DNA of 40,292 nucleotides from Octopus bimaculoides. Lineage: Eukaryota. The position numbers and the translations under genes were made by a program. The notes beneath the pieces were generated by a model. The model had not been told where the DNA came from. It ran no database searches and saw nothing but the letters and a program-made list of their open reading frames with translations. The stretch lies in the NCBI RefSeq assembly GCF_001194135.2, contig NC_068988.1:65616644-65656935 (forward strand), given 5' to 3'. Shown here piece by piece: positions 12,377-24,906 of the stretch; the stretch's first letter is position 1; every line of letters starts with the position of its first letter.

Positions 12377-12410
12377 TTTGTTGTTATTGTTGTTGTTATT
12401 GTTATTGTTA
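12287..12410. repeat. (TAA)n directly followed by (TTA)n/(TTG)n, forming an inverted array
   Basis: Directly visible; the switch point is near 12344. Confidence 0.95.
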
Positions 12411-13515
12411 AAGCCAGAAGCCATTAGCCATTGATGGGTAAGGGCTTTGTCAACATCGGCATTATTAGCTCTCTTTGGGTATTTGCCATTGAGAAGTTTT
12501 TCTTGCTATTTATCAGTAAGAATATCCAAGGCAGCAGTTTTAGAACGGGTTTTCATACGCTTAGCTTTTTCTCTGCCTGTTTCTAGTACGTCAAATTCTG
12601 GAATTTGTATTTGCAATTCACTTATATATTCCTTTTCCTGTTTTGTTACTGAGAATGATGCTTTCTTGTTTTCATGTTTTGAGGCAAGTTTTAACGTCCA
12701 GTCCTCAGAGTCTTTCAGGTAAGTGTCTTGGCTAATTGTGGCAATATTCATTGTTAATGCCAGTTGTAAAAGTTCACGGCCTCTCTCTTTTCTTGGCAGA
12801 TGATGTCGTTCTATATCTGTCTTAGGGTGGTGCATTCCGTGCATTGTCAACAATTATCGTATCTTTCTGTCAAGATTACATATTTCAGTAATTGACCAGT
12901 TAATAATATTGAAACTGTAAGTCACGACGAGTATGGCTAAAGCATTGATCGCTTCGATCCTGTTTCTTGCATTCAGCTCTGTCTTTAGTATTGCTCTCAC
13001 CTTGCGATAACATTCTCTTCTGATCCTTTCCATCATCACTGAATGTTTGATTCCGTCCCCTTCAAATACCCCTACGTATTTGTAGCTCTCCGCTGGTTCT
13101 AACTCTTTTATGACATTCTGCTAGTCAAGGTTAACGTTAGATGTTTCTGTCATTTTCCTTTGAAAAAGGTAGCTTTTGCACATTTATCGAGGCCAAATTG
13201 CATCCTGATGTCACCACTGAATTGTTTTACAATCGCTAGTAAGCCCTTGAGTTGCTGGTCATTTTTGCAAATAGCTTTAAAGAGGAGTGGTGATAGAGAG
13301 TCACCCTGGAAAATGCCACATGAAATTCTCACAGCTCCAGCATTAAGAGATTCATTGTCACTGTTCAAAGTCAGTGTGGTTTCTCCATGATCCCATACTT
13401 ACACACAAAAAGTTTCGCAGAACAGATTCTTTATAGAATCTTTTCTAATCTACTCTCAATAACCTATTCTGGTGGTAACCCTCCACTCTTTGGTCGTATC
13501 TTACCATCTTTGCTT
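12411..13515 (-). mobile_element. R4/Dong-like retrotransposon, youngest copy, internally deleted
   Basis: KAKMVRYDQRVEGYHQNRL; CGIFQGDSLSPLLF; DIRMQFGLDKCA; YKYVGV; RIRRECYRKVRAILKTELNARNRIEAINALA; MHGMHHPKTDIER; NGKYPKR...HQWLMASG. Confidence 0.92.
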
Positions 13516-13518
13516 TCT

Positions 13519-13734
<216 letters not shown>

Positions 13735-13978
13735 NNNNNNNNNNNNNNNNNNNNNNNNNNNNNNNNNNNNNNNNNNNNNNNNNNNNNNNNNNNNNNNNNN
13801 NNNNNNNNNNNNNNNNNNNNNNNNNNNNNNNNNNNNNNNNNNNNNNNNNNNNNNNNNNNNNNNNNNNNNNNNNNNNNNNNNNNNNNNNNNNNNNNNNNNN
13901 NNNNNNNNNNNNNNNNNNNNNNNNNNNNNNNNNNNNNNNNNNNNNNNNNNNNNNNNNNNNNNNNNNNNNNNNNNNNNN

Positions 13979-14175
13979 ATTCCATAGTGTTGGCATAGCT
14001 TCCAGTGTATATAGGTCCCAGCTCTGTCGTGTCTGTGAATATATTCCTTCTTAGCCAGGACTGGGCAGCCAGAGATAATGATTTATTGTTTCTTGTCCAT
14101 CTCCACATATTCTACAGTTACTTTCTATGTTTCTTTTCATTATATGTTTTTGGTAATTTCTGGTGGGGAGACTTT
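13979..14175 (-). mobile_element. R4/Dong-like CCHC zinc-knuckle segment
   Basis: SLPTRNYQKHIMKRNIESNCRICGDGQETINH/ISGCPVLAKKEYIHRHDRAGTYIHWKLCQHYG (CCHC plus RHD motif; one frameshift). Confidence 0.92.
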
Positions 14176-14179
14176 CTAT

Positions 14180-14181
<2 letters not shown>

Positions 14182-14263
<82 letters not shown>
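14182..14263. repeat. (TTA)n array
   Basis: Directly visible; a (CTA)n array also lies at 14474-14520. Confidence 0.97.
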
Positions 14264-14265
<2 letters not shown>

Positions 14266-14472
14266 CCATTAGTGCATTTTGTTTGGAGTGCACATTTCAA
14301 TCAGCGTTGATGATAATTACAAACATCAGGCGCATATAATTGATGACAATTTGAACGCAATACAGTTACAAGATAATGCATTGTTTCCAAAGGGGCTCTA
14401 TCAATACGTTGTTGTTGATGGATGCTTGGCTCTCTCCTTCTGTGTGTCACTGATACTGCAATGTAACTCGTT

Positions 14473-14522
<50 letters not shown>

Positions 14523-14906
14523 TTCTAATTTGGATAAGCTGCAGGACGAGAAACCAAAGGAGTCAACACCCATAAGGAGTCAACGCCCATGCATAGAATA
14601 TACTAGCATTTTTGTTAATGCAATTATTTCTATTATCATAAGTAACATTGTACTCTGTATCATCGGCTCATGATAGTAGCGTAGTGTGAGACCAAAAATA
14701 ATAGAGGTCGATCTCTTGGTGGGTCCTCATCTCTCGTAAAAGGAGGTGGGGGAGAATCTATTTAGTTTTAGCTAGAAGACGCATTTATGTCAGGTCGCTC
14801 TTCAACGCTACTGGTAACATGTTGCCCTATACAAATTGTCGCTTGGTCAAGTTGTCGTCGACTAAACTGGCAACCCCAATGAGCTTGCTTGGTGAGGAGG
14901 GTGATT

Positions 14907-15135
14907 GCGGCGAGCTGGCAGAATCGTTAACACGCCAGGCGAAATGTTTAGTGGTTTTTCGTTGCTGCTACGTTCTGAGTTCAAATTCCGCCGAGGTCGA
15001 CTTTGCCTTTCATCCTTTCGGGGTCGATAAATTAAGTACCAGTTACGCCATGGGGTCGGTATAATCGACTTAATCCCTTTGTCTGTCCTTGTTTGTCCTC
15101 TCTGTGTTTAGCCCCTTGTGGGCAATAAACAAATT
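14907..15135 (+). mobile_element. SINE family A, tail type 1, with 12-bp TSD
   Basis: Same head, core and tail as 561-790; AGGAGGGTGATT at 14895-14906 and 15136-15147. Confidence 0.92.
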
Positions 15136-15859
15136 AGGAGGGTGATTGTTGGACACTTTGCGGGACGAAAAGTAGAATCCTTTAAAAGTTAGAGGAACTC
15201 ATGAGTAGTCAACGTGTGCGAAAGTATATATTCTTTATACATTTTTATTCTATTTATATTTTTAAATCTTATATTTTTGGATATATTTTATATTTTATTA
15301 TATTTATATACGTGATCCATTTGACACCAAGAGCTATGCTGGCGGGCGTTCCTCTCCTGGTAGGAACACATGCCAGAAAAGTCGAGGGCTAGGACCCACA
15401 CTAACATAGTCACACTAGAAGTGTAAACCAATGATGAAAAGTGTGCGAGCCAAAGTTATAGTGGAGCCATGGGAAGGAACATGATGGATGTGTTTGTTTT
15501 CGGTAGAGAAGCTGCTATCTGCCAACGGTGAAACACGCAAAGACGCTAGACAGAAGAACTTGCAAATCAATGGTTAGGGTCTCCCAGTTCAGCAAGGCAA
15601 CAACTGCGACATCTGTAAGTGTGACGTCCGTAGATGGAATTTTCAGCTAACGGGAGATAAGCATGGCCCTTTCTCACATCAAATACGTAAACTGCACCAT
15701 CCATTGCGCAAGCCAACAGGAGGCGCATCTTGCTGAGTTTGTGAGGTCGGCTACAGTGTGCCTAATAAAAGTGGAAGCTGGCAGTTGAACACAGGAGATA
15801 CTGTAAGTACTACGATATTAGTTTTGAAAAACTATGTTGTGTGTAGTGAAGAATGAATA

Positions 15860-16220
15860 ATGTCTGAGACACCAAAAAGAGACACTGGAATAGTAAGACA
15901 ACTCAAGAACAGAAGAAGAAACTTCAGGGCAAATACCTGAAAAGGGAAATAATTACATGGCCAATTCATGTAACAATTCGAGGATGTCAGAGGTAAAGAA
16001 CTTCCTGATAGAAGAAGCTGAAACAAGAAACTGAAGGGCTAATTACATCCACCGAGGAGAAAGTCATTGGAACAAACTTGATAACGAAACGATTGATAAC
16101 ATTCAGTCAGTGACCAAATACAGAATCTGTGGACAGGGGGACGAAAGTATTAACTATCTTTTAAGTGAATGCAGTAATCTAGCATGAAAAGAGTATAAGC
16201 GCTGGCATGACGGCATAGGT
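15860..16220 (+). mobile_element. R4/Dong-like pre-knuckle and CCHC segment
   Basis: GK*LHGQFM*QFEDVRGKE...TKYRICGQGDESINYLLSECSNLA*KEYKRWHDGIG. Confidence 0.82.
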
Positions 16221-16329
16221 GAAAGCGTAGCTCGTCATGTTAGTTAGCCTGGTAGCCAAACCACTTAGAGGATGAAGGGTATTGGAACTGAGTCATGCAT
16301 TATCGACCTGTAGAAAAGTGTTATCCTGT

Positions 16330-17460
16330 ATTTTGCAAGAATAGTTAGAAAAATTATTGAGGTTTGAAATCCCTGCTAACTAAAGTGGCATGCAATGACT
16401 TTTTAAAATAATTTTGAGGTTGATGATATCTAATACAAAATTTGTCTAAAATTTTCATTCTTTGTAAATTTATGAGGCAAGGATTCGTATGAAGCAAGCA
16501 GCTTTCAGTTGTAAAAGTTAATTCCATTATCGTGCCAGACAGACGTAAAATAGAAATGTTTATTGTATTATAAAATGTGAAAAGAATATCTCTGCATGAA
16601 CTTTCAGAAATAATGAATGCAGCAGGCTTGGATAATTGCAACAACGTATAAAATACAGAAAATATGCATATTTAATAGGTGTGAAGAAGCTGGTAAAATA
16701 GATTACATTAAAATAGTTAACAGGATATCTGGTGAAATTAAGTATAATCGACAAAAGCTTTGTAAAGTTGTAAACTGCTGGGTAGTTGGTAAAACAATGA
16801 ACATGAGGAAAATTAGGAATAAAATGGAATAAAAATGGCCAGCTTGAGAAAGAATGTACCCTGTTCATGATAGGATAAAATAGAAGCAGCGATTCTCGAG
16901 ATGTGAAAGAAATAAACATCAATGTCCCATTTCATGGCAATGGAAAACGTGTGTAACTAAGTACGATATAGAAGAGTGAAATCAGGAGATAATACTGTTC
17001 TTTCGAAAGAGAATTATCCATGATAAAGCGTATTATTTTGTGATAGCATAAACAGAATAATGAAATACCGACTGGTAATTTTGAAGGAATACAGGTGGTA
17101 TCATCTAAAAACACAACTGTAAAAGACCCAGAGGAACTAAAACTCAAAGAGTATAAAGGTAAATATCAACAGAGTGAAATACAAAAAATTTAGAGCAACT
17201 TAAGGTTTGTAAAAATTGCTAAATTTGTTTTGATCATTAACATAAAAGAGTAAATTATAGAGAAAAGATGGTAGACAAAAACTGAATGGATAAAAAATGA
17301 TATCCCAAGTGAGCATGTTGCGAAAGAAAGGAAGCTTTACTCCATCATAGGCATACTTCAACTAATGTAGTTTCGAGTTACATTTACATTTGTTAAAGAA
17401 ATTAATGGAAAAAGTAAACAGCATCAGTTGATTTATCCGACCTTAAGTAAAAGCTTTTAA
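16330..17460 (+). mobile_element. Probable N-terminal half of an old R4/Dong-like ORF
   Basis: ISLHELSEIMNAA, ISGEIKYNRQKLCKV and VRYRRVKSGDNTVL loosely follow the Dong N-terminal motifs in the expected order; strongly purine-rich plus strand; many stops. Confidence 0.4.
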
Positions 17461-17714
17461 TAAAACCATTAAAAACGAATACTAAAGTGGAAAACCTAAT
17501 AAAATACACAAGAGAATATGTACACATCATTTATTAAAACATATAAGCTAATATTTTTTTTTAATGCTTTTTTCGTGTTACCTCATTTTTCGATTTAAGT
17601 CGCATGCTTTGGAATCAGTTATTGATGTAAGTTGAGGCATGCTTGTATTTGGTTGTTCGAATGAATATAAAATACTTGGTGGGAAGATTTTCGTTAAAAA
17701 GTACTGGTAAACAG

Positions 17715-17900
17715 TTAACGGCGTTGGAGTGCATAAGATTAAAGTTATAGTTGACAAAAAGTTAGCTGACATGGTCGAATGGAAGCCATGTGAATATGGA
17801 AAAAGAGTTACCTGTAACGTGATGATACATGTTGGGTATCGAAATGCCGTTCAATTCTCTGTGACTGCTGTTACGGCTGTAAAATGTGACATGGACATCA
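17715..17900 (+). mobile_element. RTE-like AP-endonuclease fragment
   Basis: NGVG...VIVDKKLADMVEWKP...RV resembles GVGIIVDKxLxxxVxEVK. Confidence 0.4.
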
Positions 17901-17904
17901 TAAA

Positions 17905-18481
17905 ACCAAGTTCATCCTAACTGTAATGGTCATTAGGTGTGTCCCCTGCGAGGGTGGTATCATGTCACCTGACATGTTTGAACAGGGCTTTAGAGGCAAT
18001 TGAGACGTCTATGTGAAGCTTCTGGGAGCTGTGGTAAATCCCTGCCTAGAGAGGCCATATGAGTAGCAGCAGGATTCGGGTCCTTCTCATACAGCTGGAA
18101 AGAGTCAGAAGTGATTGTCGGAAAACTTTTACTGCATCAGCCCCGATTTCTGGCCTATTAAATCCTTCGAATGTAATCCCATGGATTACTATGTGTGGGG
18201 TGCCTTTGAGAAAGACACTGACCATTCTGCATGCAAGCAGCAAGGCCGAGCTGGTGCCCAAGATCAAGGAAGTGTTCGAAGATCTCAGCGACACAGTGAG
18301 GCAATGCATCAGGTTCCGGAGCAATCTTGAAGCCGTGGCGACTATTTTGAGTAAACTGTTATTCCAAATAATAATCTAGTTAATATTTTTCTGATTTGTT
18401 AAAAATACTTTTATTTTTGGTTGGGATATTGTAGTTTCTTTTCCTTTTATGCAAGATGTCAAATTTAACCTGAGCACTCTG
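17905..18481 (+). mobile_element. Tc1/mariner-superfamily transposon, 3' half with right terminus
   Basis: VMVIRCV..EGGIMSP, QQDSGPSHT, FWP..S..CNPMDYYVWGA, KAELVPKIKEVFEDL; ends TGTCAAATTTAACCTGAGCACTCTG next to a (TA)n run. Confidence 0.88.
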
Positions 18482-19064
18482 TGTATATATATATGTATAT
18501 ATANNNNNNNNNNNNNNNNNNNNNNNNNNNNNNNNNNNNNNNNNNNNNNNNNNNNNNNNNNNNNNNNNNNNNNNNNNNNNNNNNNNNNNNNNNNNNNNNN
18601 NNNNNNNNNNNNNNNNNNNNNNNNNNNNNNNNNNNNNNNNNNNNNNNNNNNNNNNNNNNNNNNNNNNNNNNNNNNNNNNNNNNNNNNNNNNNNNNNNNNN
18701 NNNNNNNNNNNNNNNNNNNNNNNNNNNNNNNNNNNNNNNNNNNNNNNNNNNNNNNNNNNNNNNNNNNNNNNNNNNNNNNNNNNNNNNNNNNNNNNNNNNN
18801 NNNNNNNNNNNNNNNNNNNNNNNNNNNNNNNNNNNNNNNNNNNNNNNNNNNNNNNNNNNNNNNNNNNNNNNNNNNNNNNNNNNNNNNNNNNNNNNNNNNN
18901 NNNNNNNNNNNNNNNNNNNNNNNNNNNNNNNNNNNNNNNNNNNNNNNNNNNNNNNNNNNNNNNNNNNNNNNNNNNNNNNNNNNNNNNNNNNNNNNNNNNN
19001 NNNNNNNNNNNNNNNNNNNNNNNNNNNNNNNNNNNNNNNNNNNNNNNNNNNNNNNNNNNNNNNN

Positions 19065-19121
<57 letters not shown>

Positions 19122-19124
19122 CAT

Positions 19125-19340
19125 GTGTGTGTGTGTTTTTGTGTTTGTGCTTGTCATCCCCCCACCACTTTACAATCAGTACCGGTTTGAATATGTCCTC
19201 GTAAGTTAGTAGTTCGGTAAAAAGACCGATACAATAAATATCAAATAAAAAAAGGATATGTAGGGGGAACGATTAATTTGACTAGTCCCTTTAAAGTGGC
19301 GCCCCAGAATGGCCACAGCCCAATGACTTAAACAAATAAA
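19125..19340 (+). mobile_element. SINE family B, 3' half after a gap
   Basis: GTTCGGTAAAAAGACCGATACAATAA...CCCCAGAATGGCCACAGCCCAATGACTTAAACAA matches 7560-7745. Confidence 0.8.
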
Positions 19341-19539
19341 CGATAAAACATCAATAATGGTATTCATAGGAACATTAGATGATCTTATGTAACTACAAGT
19401 CAAGTCACTTGTCCATCGTCTGCCGTTAATTTATTTACAACTCTTCAAATTATTGCTCAATATGACTGTCGAGCAATTTAAAAATATAATCTAAATTCTG
19501 TAGTGTTAAATAAGACTATACCCATATCATATGGAACTA

Positions 19540-19790
19540 TTGATCATGTCTTTATTGATAAAATTATAATGAATGGCACGAAAGCATAAAAGCGAAACAG
19601 TGTATTTCAATTGAAATCAAGAAAACTTTTGATTCCGTTACACATAATTAGCCCATCAAATTGCTGGAATTAAACGAATTTCAAAACATCTTGGCGAACT
19701 TCTGAACTCAACTATGAAGAACTAGCAGACAGTTGCTATAGCCTCCGACAACAATATGGTTGTAAGCTCCAAACTCACGGGAATACCTAC
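19540..19790 (+). mobile_element. R4/Dong-like RT fragment (domains 2-3)
   Basis: GTIDHVFIDKIIM...FDSVTHN*...TMKN*QTV, compared with GCKDQLLIDKxI...AFDSVPHSW...MKxWQT. Confidence 0.65.
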
Positions 19791-20014
19791 TGAGATGTTT
19801 TAAATTAATTATAATGTGTAACACGATTTTTGTCCCTGGGTAGCAACTGTTATTTTCTATTTGCTTACTCCTACAAAGTATGAAAAATGGTTAATATTTC
19901 CTTCAAACTTTTCTTTTATTACATATATTCATATCAAACACCAAAGAATCTCTCTCAACACATGGCTATGATGCTTCTCCGCTACTCCTGCTCATGATCA
20001 GAGGTCAGAGTGTA

Positions 20015-20185
20015 AACTTTGTGGGAGGGGATAGTCGATTACATCGATCCCAGTGTTTAATTTATCGACCCCGAAGGATGAAAGGCAAAGTTGACCACGG
20101 CGAATTTGAACTCAGAACGTAAAAACATAGAAATGCCGCTAAGCATTTTAACTGGTGTGTTAATGATTCTGCCAGCTCGCCGCCT
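20015..20185 (-). mobile_element. SINE family A
   Basis: Reverse complement of head and core; a more decayed copy lies at about 20972-21131. Confidence 0.85.
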
Positions 20186-21285
20186 TAAAAATAAACTAAT
20201 GCGTTGGCCTGGAGTCGAATTCAGTATATATAATTCGATAGTTGTTTCTTTGTTTTTATTTCAATGATTGGGGTTATGTGCACAGAAAGTGACAAGCATT
20301 CAGTTACACCAATAATAGATGTGAAATAAAAAATGTTTAATATTATGTATCATGATCAATATGACATTAACAAACTCTTATCCATTGAAAGATCTCTCAA
20401 AGTTTAGATAATATAATGTAATAAGAGAACATTCACTTCGTCATATTTAGTGTTATTTGTGAATAATTTAATTAGCACTTATGAAATTGATGTTTTAAAA
20501 AACAATCTTGCCATATTTTTCTTATAATCAGAAAAAGATCTTCTATCAAGATATTATGATACCGCGTGTGAATGAAACTCGTCAAAATAAAAAGCGCATC
20601 ACATACACTTATGTGCGTATTTTTGTTGCAACTAAAGATTATGCTGTGACTAAATTTACACAAAATATTCATGTAAAATTATGTTATATATGTCAATAAA
20701 AACGAAAATATTTGTGGCAATAAAACACCAGATATTTTTCTGTATTTCGTTAAGTGAAAAACAATATATTTTGCTTCAAGAAAATAACAAACTTTTATGC
20801 TTTTAACGTGGAATCTTTTGATTTTTTCCTTTTTGTTTAAGAAATGAGATTACAAACTGTCACCCTCACATAGTAAGCCTGGTTAAGATTCTTGATTGAA
20901 TGTTCGTTAGAAGTAGATAGAAGTATTAATATTTGTATCTAACATTAACGCAGGGTCTGATATGCATTTTTGTGGGAGAGATTAGTCAGTTAAATTGAAC
21001 CCAGTGCTTTTATCGACTCAAAAACCATGGTAGGCAAAATTAATCTCAGAGAAATATGAACATTGAGAAACAGAAGAAATATCACTATGCATTTTATCCG
21101 ACGCTTTATTGATGCTGCTAATCCATCGCCATTAATAAATAATATTTCCGATTTAGGCACAAGAGAAACAAAGTTGATCGCGGCAGGATGTGAACCCAGT
21201 ACGTAAAGAATCAGTAGAGAGAACTCAAAACGTTTTCGTTCATATAATAATGATTACGATATTATTATTGTTGTTATCATTATTA

Positions 21286-21482
21286 GAAACGTTAGCACGC
21301 CGGGAAAATGCTTAGCGGTATTTCGTCTGTCTTTACGTTCTGAGTTCAAATTCCGCTGAGGTCGACTTTGCCTTTCATCGTTTCGGGGGTCGATAAATTA
21401 AGTACCAGTTGCGTACTGGGGTAGATCCAATCGACTGGCCCCCTCCCCCAAATTTTCAGGCCTTGTGCCTAGAGTAGAAAAG

Positions 21483-21517
<35 letters not shown>

Positions 21518-21520
21518 TAT
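21286..21520 (+). mobile_element. SINE family A, tail type 2, with (AAT)n tail
   Basis: Core intact; ends GGCCTTGTGCCTAGAGTAGAAAAG(ATA)n. Confidence 0.92.
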
Positions 21521-21521
21521 T

Positions 21522-21735
21522 AGGCGGTGAGCTGGCAGAATCGTTAGCGCATAGGCCGAAATGCCTAGCGGTCTTTCGCTCGTCGCTATGTCCTGAGTTC
21601 AAATTCCACCGAGGTCAACTTTGCATTTATTCCTTTTGGGGGTCGATAAAATAAGTACCAGGTGAACGCTGAGGTCGATGTAATCAACTATCACTTCCCC
21701 TCAAATTGCTCTCCTTTAGGCAAAATTTGAAAATA
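21522..21735 (+). mobile_element. SINE family A, second tandem copy (tail type 2/3)
   Basis: GGCGGTGAGCTGGCAGAATCGTTAGC head directly after the previous (AAT)n; followed by (ATT)n. Confidence 0.9.
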
Positions 21736-21769
21736 TTATTATTATTATTATTAAGGTGGAAGAGAACTG

Positions 21770-22773
21770 GTTGAAATAGAGAATAGTTTTGAGAAGGTGT
21801 TCAAGTCCTTACATGCCTATTTGAAGAATAGTGATAAAAAAAAGTTGTAGGCTACACTGCGTGAGAAGGTGATGTGTGACAATGGTGAAACCCTCCAGGA
21901 GTACAACAATAAGAGGACTAATGGAGAAAAGATCATCAACTGGGAAAAAGTCGTACCGAGGGAGTTTTTTCAACAAACAGCGGATGAAGATGATGAAACA
22001 TCCTAGAAATGGTTAAGACGTGGTTTTTTTTAAAGAATGAGACAGAAAGACTGATTCTTGGTGCTCAAGAACACGCTTGAACACGGGGTCAACTCAATCA
22101 AATGTAGTATTGATAATACAACAGTATCGTCTTTGTATTGACTATGTGGGAAAATCATCTGAGACAGTCAGACAAAGATTTAACGGATGCTGAAAGCTAG
22201 CCCCAGAAGGAGTACAAAAGTCGCTATGACAAAATAGCAGAGCAAATACATTATAAATTGTGTAAGAAATATGGGCTAAGATGTTCCAATAATTAGAATG
22301 AGCAGTAAATTTTGCCAGTAGCAGAGAATGATCTGGTGAAACTCACATAAGGTACATCAATATACACAGACAAGAATCTGTGACAGACATGATCGACCAA
22401 ACATCACTCTCCTACAGAAGGAGTCCAAAGAATAGACCTTCATCAAAGTAGTTATACCTGCGGGCCAAAATATTTTGAAGAGAGAGATCAAGCAAGTCGG
22501 GAAGTACCAAGACCTAGCATTGGAAATGAAATGCACCCATAGAGCCTCAATAGAGAATGTGGTACCTATTGTGATCGGTGCAATAGGGTCCATCTAAAAA
22601 AGAAAAGCAATATTCTGGCATCAAAAGATGCAAATACCAAACTTCATAAGCAGTATTCAGTTGGCAACAAGAAGTAGAGCAGCTCATGTACTGAGTTAAG
22701 TGTTACGTCCCTAAACTGCAGGATGGAGCTGAGACGTGACATAGAAAGGTCGAGAAGCTAAGTGCATAAATAA
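21770..22773 (+). mobile_element. R4/Dong-like 3' end: CCHC, restriction-like endonuclease and 3' UTR
   Basis: KWLRRG..KNETERLILGAQEHA; LCGK.SETV; KEYKSRYDKIAEQIHYKLCKKYG; DRPNI; GKYQDLALEM; VVPIVIGAIG; then an (AAC)n/(AAT)n tail. Confidence 0.9.
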
Positions 22774-22834
22774 ATAACAACAACAACAACAACAACAAAA
22801 AAACAACAACAACAACAACAGCAGCAGCAGCAGC

Positions 22835-22899
<65 letters not shown>

Positions 22900-22910
22900 T
22901 GATGATGATG

Positions 22911-22959
<49 letters not shown>
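22774..22959. repeat. Compound (AAC)n(AGC)n(AAC)n(AAT)n(GAT)n(AAT)n array
   Basis: Directly visible. Confidence 0.97.
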
Positions 22960-22962
<3 letters not shown>

Positions 22963-22969
22963 CAATATT

Positions 22970-23490
22970 TGTTTCCAGTTTTAATATATTAATCACCTTT
23001 CTGACAAATTCTCTGGCGGGCAGCACTTCCCTCTCCACACGCCGCACCTTTCTTTTCAAGCTGCACTTGAAAAATGTCGATGATGGATTGGCAGACGAGA
23101 ACAATATCTGTGTTCAATCCTTTCGGTTTCGTCCACCATGCAACCCCTTTTGCCATAACCTTTTAACTGCCTGCTCTGTCGTATTAAAGGAAAACGAGGA
23201 TGGCGGTAAACTTCATGATGGACGTGATCGATACCCATATCTAAATGAGATAACAGCAGTCTGACGAAACACTCCAAGTTAGGAAAAAATTCAAACACTG
23301 AACAATGCATACAGAATGGCATCGTTGCATAGCGCACGTTTCGAAGAGGCACGGCTGACGGCACATTTTGTTGAGATTATCTCGAAGTAGTATTGAGCCT
23401 CAGTAGTACTGCCAGCCTAAGAATTTCTGGAAACCATACATGGTAGTCCTCTGTTTGAAAATCCTCCGGTTTCGATAACCATGCGTCCCT
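22970..23490 (-). mobile_element. R4/Dong-like thumb to pre-knuckle fragment
   Basis: AWLSKPE / NRRIFKQRTTMYG (NWTxxE..LDRKTRKxLTMYG-like); RLWQKGLHG (WxxKxLHG); EVLPAREFVRKVI (QxLPTRNYxKxI-like). Confidence 0.6.
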
Positions 23491-24097
23491 GTTAAAGATG
23501 GTTTAGTTGAAGTAAGCAAATACTTATTCTACATTCTAACACTATCTTATGATCTACATGTTCAGCAAAGCATCAGCAAGAAGATTAACGACTTTATACT
23601 CAGAAAAGATGAAACGAATCTAACAAACACTCTCTATCTCTCGCAGATACATTCACACATTTATGATGATAAACACTATCAAATATTTCATTAATTGCAG
23701 AATTAATTATCGATTGTGTATCTCTAAACATTAATAATTACACCTGACGTGAGAGACAAGTCTGTGGAAAACATCATCGTAACTGATGATCATTAATTTC
23801 GTTGCGATCTTTTGTTTTTGTTGTTACCGTACTAATGGTGTAATGAATACCAATAGTGATTGTCATATTGGATTTGTCGCTACTGTCTCTTCTAATCATT
23901 AATTATATATGATGATTCTATTGACATTCGGCGCACAGCCCAATTCCTTCATCTCATTTCTCCATTGATGATTATTCTCATTATCGATCGTTTTTTTGTT
24001 GTTGATTTTATTAATTATTCTCAGAAATAAATGATATCGATTTAATCAATATGATCAGACACACACACACACGCATGCACGCACGCACACACACACA

Positions 24098-24146
<49 letters not shown>
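24098..24146. repeat. (TATC)n microsatellite
   Basis: Directly visible; similar arrays at 27654-27690 and 30566-30660. Confidence 0.95.
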
Positions 24147-24150
<4 letters not shown>

Positions 24151-24199
24151 ATATAGCGAATGAAGAAACTATCATAACTTTCTTTGAAAATATTTTGTA

Positions 24200-24660
24200 C
24201 TGGTATTACATGCACACTCGTGGTTAATGAAAAGCTGATTATTCTTGGTGATTTCAATGCTCGAGTTGGTAGAGGCCATGAGACATGGGTTCAAAGCTAC
24301 TTGAGCTTTGATGAGAACAAAATTTAGTCATCTGCAATACTTTCTTTCATAAAAGCCCAAGCAAAAAGTTACTTGCACACTTCCACTCACCTGAGGTATA
24401 AGAATGGTCACAAGATTGACTTTATCGTCCAGCCGCAAACATAACCTTAGCGATTTATGTAACGTTCGTGTTGCTAAGTGCAGAGTATAACGCAGATTGC
24501 AGGATAGTGTCAGGAAAATTTAAAATAAGAATCAGTGAAAAGATTCCTATGCGCGAGATGAAAATACTAAAGCCTATCCATGTTCCAAAACTGAAACTGC
24601 CAGATGTATGTGAGGCCTTTGATGGAACATGGGAAAATTTTAACGATCAAGACATTCCTG
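24200..24660 (+). mobile_element. RTE-clade LINE AP-endonuclease fragment
   Basis: EKLIILGDFNARVGRGHETW...GHKIDFI...SAEYNADCRIV (GDFNA, HxID and DH-like motifs in order). Confidence 0.82.
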
Positions 24661-24759
24661 AATCCCCAAATATGTCTAGACCAGTTAGATGAACAATAGA
24701 CATGTTATTACAATGGGCTCCTGCACAGTTTCTGCCTACCTTATTCCTTCACAATACAT

Positions 24760-24838
24760 CGGTCGTCCAAGGTGCAACGCGTTGGGACTGAACCAGACAC
24801 CGTGTGGTTCAAAGTGAGTTTCTTGACTACACAGCCAT
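24760..24838 (-). mobile_element. SINE family B head fragment
   Basis: CCAAGGTGCAACGC...GGGACTGAACC...ACACAGCCA. Confidence 0.7.
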
Positions 24839-24873
24839 AATTCTATCTACTTATATATGTTAGTAGGCATGGC

Positions 24874-24906
<33 letters not shown>

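Noticed and set aside
14557-14590. 17-bp tandem duplication (similar at 8173-8219 and near 35680)
   Set aside because: Two units only; ordinary slippage duplications, not CRISPR-like arrays.
22996-23490. Apparent Gypsy-RT, thrombospondin, Cys-loop or GPCR-like words in various frames
   Set aside because: The readings are mutually incompatible; three ordered Dong motifs on the minus strand explain the segment more simply.
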